DNA from: an uncultured Candidatus Saccharibacteria bacterium
Lineage (GTDB): Bacteria > Patescibacteriota > Saccharimonadia > CAILAD01 > JADZBC01
DNA: 64,000 nt
NCBI GenBank assembly: GCA_964600985.1
Contig: CAZRJR010000001.1
Span: 399,431 to 463,430, forward strand
Direction: 5' to 3'
Under the pieces are notes generated by a model. It searched no databases, was not told the DNA's origin, and worked only from the letters and a program-made list of their open reading frames with translations. Positions 10,326-16,588 of the stretch are shown here, in pieces. Made by a program: the position numbers and the translations under genes. Position 1 is the first letter of the stretch; each line of letters begins with the position of its first letter.

Positions 10326-10706
10326 CTACCGACCAGCCTCTGGTTGCTTCCAATAGACTTCGAAAGAATCAATTTCATCTAAAAGTGCTTCGGTCGATTG
10401 ACCGACGTAGCGAACCGCACGATCGTCAATGTATAAGTATGCCACTGGCTTAGGGCTGCCAGTGTCTACCTCCGGGTTCTCGTTATAGTAATCTACAGGG
10501 ATGTCATGCGTTTCACAGTAGTTTTTCAGTGATTCGTTTGTGCGAGTGCTGTATATCAAGATCTTATGGCCACGGTTCTTGAGCGTGCGGATCGCTTCTA
10601 CCGTGGCCAGAATTGGTTTACCAAAATGATCGTGGCCCTTAAAGCCATTATAGTGAGCAATCACACCATCAAAATCAAAGGCATAAGTTCGAGAGTTATT
10701 ACTCAT
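10326..10706 (-). CDS. Small HAD-superfamily phosphatase-like protein
   Basis: FDFDGVI (DxDG), YSTR, KP and YIDDRA motifs. Start reassigned to ATG 10706, with TAGAAT 7 nt upstream. Confidence 0.8.
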   Translation of the reverse strand: MSNNSRTYAFDFDGVIAHYNGFKGHDHFGKPILATVEAIRTLKNRGHKILIYSTRTNESLKNYCETHDIPVDYYNENPEVDTGSPKPVAYLYIDDRAVRYVGQSTEALLDEIDSFEVYWKQPEAGR

Positions 10707-10726
10707 ACAACACATTCTACCATAAC

Positions 10727-10754
10727 GAAAAATAGGCCCTTCTTTCGAAGAGCC
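10727..10754 (-). terminator. Intrinsic terminator of the Cys-rich ORF cassette
   Basis: GGCTCTTC-GAAA-GAAGGGCC-TATTTT on the minus strand. Confidence 0.7.
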
Positions 10755-10827
10755 ACAAGTGTGGGAGAGGTGCATTTTGCTGCACTTAGACACCACACTA
10801 CCGCAACGACAACTACTCGACCTCCGC

Positions 10828-11016
10828 CTAGCATGGGAACCCGTCCCAGGTGTCGAAGAACCGATCGATCTGCTCGAGGATCTCTGCCTCACAATCACCA
10901 CACCATGAACCTTTCTTAATGTGATGCTTGCAGCAGCAGGCTGTTGGAACCTTTAACAGCCCGCGGTAGCAGGGTCGGCGACACATGCGCACTGCAAGCG
11001 GCTTCATTGCAGCCAT
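10828..11016 (-). CDS. Small Cys/His-rich hypothetical protein (possible Zn binder)
   Basis: 62 aa with CRRPC, CCCKHH and WCGDC; SD-like AGAGAGGT; own promoter TTGTAA-17-GATAAT (11064-11092) and terminator. Confidence 0.6.
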   Translation of the reverse strand: MAAMKPLAVRMCRRPCYRGLLKVPTACCCKHHIKKGSWCGDCEAEILEQIDRFFDTWDGFPC

Positions 11017-11119
11017 AGTCTTACCTCTCTTGGGTGCTTGTTCGCCGGTTTGCGTACAAGGATATTATCGGCTGGGAAACGAATTATTACAAGATTGAGG
11101 AATGCCGTACCAGCTACTG

Positions 11120-11938
11120 CTAACGACTCATCTTAACCAAGTTCACCCGTAAACTCTTGAGCTCTTCGGCGAGCCCTGGTATACGCTCGTCACTAGCCGG
11201 CACATCAAGCCGTAGGTAAAACATATACGAGCCCAAGTGCGTGCGTTGTGGCCTTGATTCTATTTGCGTTAGGTTAATGCCCTGCTTGGCGATTATACCT
11301 AGTATGGAGTAGAGCAACCCAGCACTGTCCGACTCGGGCACCAAGGCAATCATACTAAAGTCCAGCGTACTAGCCGGCTGATGCTGCCGAGAACATACGA
11401 AAAACCGCGTTTGGTTGGCCTTCTCGTCCTCTATATTCTGGTCGATAAGCTCCAAGCCATAATGCACGGCGGCAAACGAAGGCCCGATCGCCATCTCATC
11501 TGGACTACCATGGTTCAGCAAGTGCTTTATACCAGCAGCTGTACTCGGCATCACTACCAGCTCGGCAACTGGATAATGCCGAGTAACATAATTACGGCAC
11601 TGGGCAAGCGCCTGTGGGTGTGAATAAATCCTTCTGATAGCATGAGGCTCGCCCGCATTTTTAGTGGCATACAGGCTATGATGCACATCGAGCAAAACTT
11701 CGTCATGCACCACGAGTCGTTTGGCATACAGCCCGTCGAGCGTCTCAGTCACAATACCTTGTATGGAATTCTCGTATGGCACTATGCCCTCTGAGCACTC
11801 GCCAGCAACGACCATGGTTAACACATCGGTGATACTACTGCAGAGCCGTTGCTGAAGTTTAGAATCGTACCGCGTGGCTGCCTCAGTACTATATGTACCG
11901 GCTGGCCCCAGAACTGCTATGGTGCTGGCTTTTTGCAT
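11120..11938 (-). CDS. pheA: Prephenate dehydratase (PDT + ACT domain)
   Basis: LGPAGTYS, PYENSIQG, SHPQALAQC, NQTRF, INLTQIESRP. Confidence 0.92.
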   Translation of the reverse strand: MQKASTIAVLGPAGTYSTEAATRYDSKLQQRLCSSITDVLTMVVAGECSEGIVPYENSIQGIVTETLDGLYAKRLVVHDEVLLDVHHSLYATKNAGEPHAIRRIYSHPQALAQCRNYVTRHYPVAELVVMPSTAAGIKHLLNHGSPDEMAIGPSFAAVHYGLELIDQNIEDEKANQTRFFVCSRQHQPASTLDFSMIALVPESDSAGLLYSILGIIAKQGINLTQIESRPQRTHLGSYMFYLRLDVPASDERIPGLAEELKSLRVNLVKMSR

Positions 11939-11964
11939 AGTTTCTATAATAACAGATTAGAAGT

Positions 11965-12007
11965 AAAACTCCCGGTGCGAGGTGAGCCATTGAGCCCACC
12001 CCGCACC
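11965..12007 (-). terminator. Terminator after the MOSC gene
   Basis: GGTGCGGGGTGGGC/GCTCACCTCGCACC stem (G-U pairs), then GGGAGTTTT. Confidence 0.6.
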
Positions 12008-12011
12008 AAAC

Positions 12012-12608
12012 TTACCGATTCTTGCTGCGCTTGGCCGAAAATGTCTCGGCCACCGTGTGTTCGCCAGTAGCAACCTCCACTACCCGAATCACTCCGGTTG
12101 TAGGCACCAACCCTGGCTGAAGCACTCGCAAGTACCACCCACACATACCGCTATCCCACATGTCATCCCGAACACTACCACCCAGGTGGAGTGTGAGCGT
12201 TCGACATGGTTGGCGGGGTGTACTCACCTGGAGTTTGGCAGTACCCCACTCCCAGATGTCACCGATATGGACCTGGTCTTCATCGATACCACGAATAGTG
12301 ATGTTCTCACCAAACGCCGGTAACCAGGGGGACGCAAACTCACGACCCCATTCCCGCTCCCATACCCGATAGTGCTCAAATGGGTACGCGTACACAGCCT
12401 TCTTCTCGCCACCATGCAGCTGAGTGCCATCAGCCTTCAAACGAGTATCAACCTGCATATCTCCCTCCAGGCCATCACGGCCAAGAAACAGGATGTCCTT
12501 GCCAACCGGCGTCTTGTTGATACTCGATCGCCTGTGGGGGTCACGAAGATCAGGCAGGGGTTGTGGCTGCCCAACGTTGACCGAAACAATTTCAATTTGC
12601 GAGGGCAC
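12012..12608 (-). CDS. MOSC-domain protein (YiiM-like)
   Basis: GLEGD, HGGEKKAVY, FGENITI, VHIGD, QVSTPRQPC, GWYLRVLQPG. GTG 12608 preceded by GGAGG; promoter TTGAAT-17-TATGCT. Confidence 0.88.
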   Translation of the reverse strand: MPSQIEIVSVNVGQPQPLPDLRDPHRRSSINKTPVGKDILFLGRDGLEGDMQVDTRLKADGTQLHGGEKKAVYAYPFEHYRVWEREWGREFASPWLPAFGENITIRGIDEDQVHIGDIWEWGTAKLQVSTPRQPCRTLTLHLGGSVRDDMWDSGMCGWYLRVLQPGLVPTTGVIRVVEVATGEHTVAETFSAKRSKNR

Positions 12609-12699
12609 GTGGCCTCCCTGGACTCGTACACTAACTACGGACAAACCCAGCATAAATCACACACTAATGACATTCAAGCCAGTGCGCTATACTAAGTGT

Positions 12700-13119
12700 A
12701 TGTCAATATTCCCTTCTACTATATACCGGGTGTCTATCAAAGCACTGATTCGTAATCAAAAGGGAGACATCCTAATGGTCAAAGAAGGTGTCAGCGATTA
12801 CGACCTGCCAGGTGGCGGCTTAGACCATGGCGAGTGCATCGAAGCCGGGCTACGGCGCGAAATCTTCGAGGAGTTGGACACAGAAGTTCAGCACATTGCC
12901 ACACAACCAAGCTTTGTGTGGCCACTATACAGCACCCGCCATGATTGTCACCTACTTTGGATTTGCTACGAGGCAGAGCTTACTAGCCTGGATTTTACGC
13001 TCCCTGACGATACTCGGGCCGCTGACTGGTTTAGTGCCGAGCAGCTTAGCTGCCCACCCCTCGACGCCAAAATGCAGCATTATATTCCTGAATTACAAGA
13101 ATACTTAAAGAAAATGTAG
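12700..13119 (+). CDS. NUDIX hydrolase
   Basis: Nudix box LPGGGLDHGE..EAGLRREIFEEL; start reassigned to ATG 12700. Confidence 0.88.
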   Translation: MSIFPSTIYRVSIKALIRNQKGDILMVKEGVSDYDLPGGGLDHGECIEAGLRREIFEELDTEVQHIATQPSFVWPLYSTRHDCHLLWICYEAELTSLDFTLPDDTRAADWFSAEQLSCPPLDAKMQHYIPELQEYLKKM

Positions 13120-13122
13120 CGC

Positions 13123-14910
13123 TTAGCCGGCAACGATTTCGAACTGCTTGAGCTTGGCCTTAGTCAGCTTGCTCGGCGCGGCAGTCTGGAGCCGCAAGAG
13201 CTCAGCATAAATACCATCGCCCTTAGCAAGCTCAGCTGGCGTACCCATCTCAGCTATCTTGCCGCCTCGAATGCCAATTACCTTGTCCACATTGGCAATC
13301 GTACTCAATCGGTGAGCAATAATCATAGTAGTACGACCCTGCATAAGGCGCTCGAGTGCTAATTGGACCTCGCGCTCGGCTTTGCTATCGAGTGAACTTG
13401 TGGCTTCGTCGAGGATCAAGATCGGTGCGTCTTTGAGTATAGCGCGTGCTATGGCAATGCGTTGCTTTTGCCCACCCGAGAGTTTCACACCTCGCTCGCC
13501 AATTTGAGTATCGAAACCATTAGGCAACTTGCGAATAAAGCTTATGGCATTTGCAGCCTTAGCCGCCGCTTCCATCTGGCGCTGAGTAACCTTGCCGCTT
13601 CCGTAGGCGATGTTCTCGCCAATAGTCCCCGAAAACAGCGCTGGCTCCTGGAATACTACGGCAATATTTTTACGTAGACTTGCCTGTGTAACCTTGGTAA
13701 TATCGGTGCCATCGATCGCCACCTCGCCGCTAGTCAGCTCATAGAACCGCAACATGAGGTTAGCAATGGTGCTTTTACCCTCGCCACTTTCGCCTACCAA
13801 AGCCACCTTTTGCCCTGGGGTGATCGTAAAGTTAATGTCATTGAGCACCTGCTTGCCGCCCTGGTAGCCAAAGTTTACTCCTCGGTACTCAATCGCACCC
13901 TGGCGCACCTTGAGCGCCTTAGCATTCTCGCTGTCTCGTATGCTTGGTGCTAGGCCCATTACCTCGAAGTAGTCCTTACTGCCAGCCTTGGCTCGCTGCA
14001 AGGCGTCTACTATAAACGATGAGCCAAACAATGGCATTTGGGCCTGGTTGACCAGTTGCAAGAGCAGCGTAAATTCACCGAGCGTAATCGTCTTGGTGTA
14101 GGCTTGCCAGGTTATATAGCCATAAATGAGCGCGAATACAATGTTCAGGATAAATCGGCGCGCTACGTCGTACTTATGCCAAGTAACCGACTGGCCTTTA
14201 GTTTGCTTTTCTATACTACGACGCTTGTTGCGGAAGAACGCTGACTCCATAGCGTCGGTCACAAACGACTTGACCACACGGATTTGCGTTACTGACTCCA
14301 CAAATCGGCCGTTGGCTAAGTCAAGATCGCGATTTATACCCTCCTGTGACTTTTGCCAGTGTTTACTGGATCGCTGCGTAATATATATGTAGGTGGGGAA
14401 TATGGTGGCAAGTAGTAGGGCAACCGGCCAAGAGTAGTAGCTAATCAGAATTAAGGTAATAAACGTGGTCAAGAAAAACTGAGCAAAGTTATTGGCCATG
14501 GTCTTCATAAGCTCGCTAATTGTGGTAATAGTGCGCTCCAGCCGAGCCGTGATTTTACCCGTGATCTCGTTATCATAGTACTCGATTGGCAGCTGCATAA
14601 GGTGGTCATAGTAGCGCTGACTTAGGAGCGTATTGAGTTTAACCGACATCATATCACCCAAGTGGCCATTTACATTGCTCAGCAAGGTAACGACCACATC
14701 GCTGAGCAATATAAGTACAATGATTACGAGGAAGTAGCCAGCGCCATTGGTGCCGCCCTGGGAGTTAGCTACCAGGCCATCTACTATCATCTTGACCAAG
14801 AACGGAGATGCCAACGCCAACAGGCTGGTTACAATTACTAAGAAGGCAATAGCCACGTAGTAGCGCCAGAGTTTAGATGAATATTTTATGATTTTGGCAA
14901 TGTCGCGCAT
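13123..14910 (-). CDS. ABC exporter, fused TMD-NBD (MsbA/Atm1-like)
   Basis: Multi-TM N-terminal half; GESGEGKS, LSGGQKQR, LDEATS, AHRLST. Start ATG 14910. Confidence 0.93.
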   Translation of the reverse strand: MRDIAKIIKYSSKLWRYYVAIAFLVIVTSLLALASPFLVKMIVDGLVANSQGGTNGAGYFLVIIVLILLSDVVVTLLSNVNGHLGDMMSVKLNTLLSQRYYDHLMQLPIEYYDNEITGKITARLERTITTISELMKTMANNFAQFFLTTFITLILISYYSWPVALLLATIFPTYIYITQRSSKHWQKSQEGINRDLDLANGRFVESVTQIRVVKSFVTDAMESAFFRNKRRSIEKQTKGQSVTWHKYDVARRFILNIVFALIYGYITWQAYTKTITLGEFTLLLQLVNQAQMPLFGSSFIVDALQRAKAGSKDYFEVMGLAPSIRDSENAKALKVRQGAIEYRGVNFGYQGGKQVLNDINFTITPGQKVALVGESGEGKSTIANLMLRFYELTSGEVAIDGTDITKVTQASLRKNIAVVFQEPALFSGTIGENIAYGSGKVTQRQMEAAAKAANAISFIRKLPNGFDTQIGERGVKLSGGQKQRIAIARAILKDAPILILDEATSSLDSKAEREVQLALERLMQGRTTMIIAHRLSTIANVDKVIGIRGGKIAEMGTPAELAKGDGIYAELLRLQTAAPSKLTKAKLKQFEIVAG

Positions 14911-14950
14911 ATTGTGCCAGTATAGCAGAGCCCAGCTGAGCAAAAAAGTG

Positions 14951-14978
14951 TTGACAAAGTGCTTACGGAGCGTAAAAT
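14951..14978 (+). promoter_or_regulatory. sigma70 promoter of the small-ORF/structured-RNA unit
   Basis: TTGACA-16-TAAAAT with an A-tract upstream. Confidence 0.7.
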
Positions 14979-15143
14979 AGGATCAACTCAAAAGGCAAGC
15001 TTGATTGAGCAGACACGGAGTTCTTCACACAAGCCCGCTACCAAGCAGGATTAACAAGACGCCATCGACACTCAGGAAAGCGCACTTACGAGCCGCAGGG
15101 AGACCTGCAAACCGTACCCAAGAGAAGAGAAGAACACAACAAG

Positions 15144-15260
15144 ATGCAGATCACGAAGTTCAACCACTTCTACTTCGCCGGCACCGTCACGAGCGACACC
15201 AGCGCCGGCCTCCAGTTCATCTCGCCCATCGCCTCCGGCACCTGCGAGGACTGCGGCTAG
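15144..15260 (+). CDS. 38-aa hypothetical peptide ending CxxC-G
   Basis: MQITKFNHFYFAGTVTSDTSAGLQFISPIASGTCEDCG*; all 38 codons end in G or C; lies between a promoter and a terminator. Not in the ORF track. Confidence 0.75.
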   Translation: MQITKFNHFYFAGTVTSDTSAGLQFISPIASGTCEDCG

Positions 15261-15274
15261 CCGCCCCTCGCCTC

Positions 15275-15389
15275 GAGCTGCCGGCCCGGAGCAGGCCCCA
15301 CCATCGAGAGCGCCTTACAAGCGCTGATGGGAAAGGATGGCCTGCTCCGGGCCCCAGCCCAAGATTTTGCCCCGCCAGGCGCAACACCA
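15275..15389 (+). ncRNA. Structured 3' RNA element of unknown class
   Basis: Perfect 15-bp stem 15283-15297/15339-15353 enclosing CCATC/GATGG and AGCGC-CTTACAA-GCGCT; a small hairpin follows and ends in CACCA. Confidence 0.55.
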
Positions 15390-15427
15390 AATCCGTTATC
15401 GAACCCGATAGCGGGTTCTTGATTTTT
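15390..15427 (+). terminator. Intrinsic terminator
   Basis: GAACCCG-ATAG-CGGGTTC-TTGATTTTT (alternative longer stem AATCCGTTATCG/CGATAGCGGGTT). Confidence 0.75.
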
Positions 15428-15476
15428 ATACAAAATTTTAGTCAAAAATTTGTAGGCAAAAAGTCCGCCAAAATGC

Positions 15477-15505
15477 TTGACAAAGTACTTACGGTATGCT
15501 AATAT
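15477..15505 (+). promoter_or_regulatory. sigma70 promoter of the Rpf-like gene
   Basis: TTGACA-17-TAATAT with TG extension. Confidence 0.75.
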
Positions 15506-15683
15506 TACTCCTGTTCATATAGTTTTTGAAGAAATCACGACCTGTAACCTCATATGTTAAGGTCGTTTTTGATTCTAAGCTATATGCGCGACCGCAAGGC
15601 CTCTACCCTACCGGGTACAGCGCCTAGCAGAGCATTAACCAGGAAAAGGACGTAGTTTTGGAGGGTATCTATACGTAGATACA

Positions 15684-16271
15684 ATGCAGAAACACATCCA
15701 ATTACTTGCCATAGCCGTGCTATTAGCAAGTCAGGTAGCCAAGCCAGTTGTACGAATTCCCGCTACCGCCACAGCCCAGGCTGCCAGCAAAGCTGTGAGT
15801 ACACCACAAACCACCTACAACCTTCAACTCAACGTTGCCTCTACCAAGGCCGTGGTGGTTGTAGCCGAGCAGCCCGACTTCGACCAAGAAGTTTTAGCCC
15901 CATTGCAAGCCGCTCAAGCTGCCAAGGCTAAAGCCGAGGCCGAAGTAGCCGCCCAAAAAGCTGCGCAAGCGCGAGTATACCTTGCTAGCGCGCCAGTCGA
16001 CAGCGTGTCTAACACCCACATAGGTGTTGCATCGGGCGACGTCTGGGAGCAGCTGCGTATCTGTGAAGCAGGTGGTGACTACACCCGCAACTCGGGTAAT
16101 GGTTACTACGGTGCCTACCAGTACAACCTCGGCACCTGGGCCAACTACGGTGGTTATGCCAGCCCGCACTTAGCTCCTCCTGCAGTGCAGGACGCCAAGG
16201 CGCGTGAAACGCAAGCCGCTCGTGGCTGGAGCCCATGGCCAGCCTGTGCACGCAAGCTCGGTTTACTTTAA
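15684..16271 (+). CDS. Secreted Rpf-like lytic transglycosylase
   Basis: Signal peptide, Ala-rich linker, C-terminal WEQLRICEAGGDY..GNGYYGAYQY..TW..GWSPWPAC matching the Rpf domain pattern. Confidence 0.88.
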   Translation: MQKHIQLLAIAVLLASQVAKPVVRIPATATAQAASKAVSTPQTTYNLQLNVASTKAVVVVAEQPDFDQEVLAPLQAAQAAKAKAEAEVAAQKAAQARVYLASAPVDSVSNTHIGVASGDVWEQLRICEAGGDYTRNSGNGYYGAYQYNLGTWANYGGYASPHLAPPAVQDAKARETQAARGWSPWPACARKLGLL

Positions 16272-16291
16272 GACCGTAGCTTAGCCAGCAC

Positions 16292-16332
16292 GCAAATACC
16301 CCTCTGGAGTAATCCGAGGGGTATTTGTTTTT
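16292..16332 (+). terminator. Intrinsic terminator, probably bidirectional
   Basis: GCAAATACCCCTC...GAGGGGTATTTGT followed by TTTT; between convergent genes. Confidence 0.8.
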
Positions 16333-16350
16333 GCTTACTCTAGTTAGAAT

Positions 16351-16503
16351 CTAATCGCACGAAATGCAAACATTGAAGCTTTCGGCATCGGCCGCCTGTA
16401 CACCGGCCAAAAAGTCGTCTTGCTCTACGGCATCTTTTTGACTCACGACTGGCTGCTCGGCCACCATAGTTGACTCACTAATACTATCTTTTTGCTGGTT
16501 CAC
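16351..16503 (-). CDS. 50-aa acidic peptide ending CxxC-D (RNR C-terminal-tail-like)
   Basis: GTG 16503 with SD AGGAGG 8 nt upstream; MNQQKDSISESTMVAEQPVVSQKDAVEQDDFLAGVQAADAESFNVCISCD*. Not in the ORF track. Confidence 0.75.
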   Translation of the reverse strand: MNQQKDSISESTMVAEQPVVSQKDAVEQDDFLAGVQAADAESFNVCISCD

Positions 16504-16551
16504 CCTCCAACCCTCCTGTTGTTTGTTTATAATATAGCGCTTATGATATCC

Positions 16552-16579
16552 ATCATACCACTATAGATAGCGGTTGCAA
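16552..16579 (-). promoter_or_regulatory. Promoter with an embedded NrdR-box-like operator
   Basis: TTGCAA-16-TATGAT (TG-extended). The spacer reads CCACTATAGATAGCGG on the + strand (16558-16573), close to the NrdR consensus acaCwAtATaTwGtgt. Confidence 0.6.
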
Positions 16580-16588
16580 GGGGTTTTC

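Noticed and set aside
15072-15118. Resemblance to RNase P (GGAAAG) or the c-di-GMP-II riboswitch (GCACTT..TGCAAACCG)
   Set aside because: Only short word matches; the required helices and other conserved segments are not evident. cmscan would settle it.
15321-15338. Hammerhead-like CTGATG..GAAA
   Set aside because: The core reads CTGATGG rather than CTGANGA, and there is no stem II between the two motifs.
15258-15422. Possible TAG readthrough, since the frame stays open about 53 codons past the peptide stop
   Set aside because: The strict G/C third-position bias ends at the stop, GC-rich stems explain the lack of stops, and TAG is a common true stop here with prfA present.
15005-15502. 165-aa ORF-track call across the cassette
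   Set aside because: Arg/His/Pro-rich off-frame shadow of the 38-codon ORF; it runs through a terminator and the next promoter.
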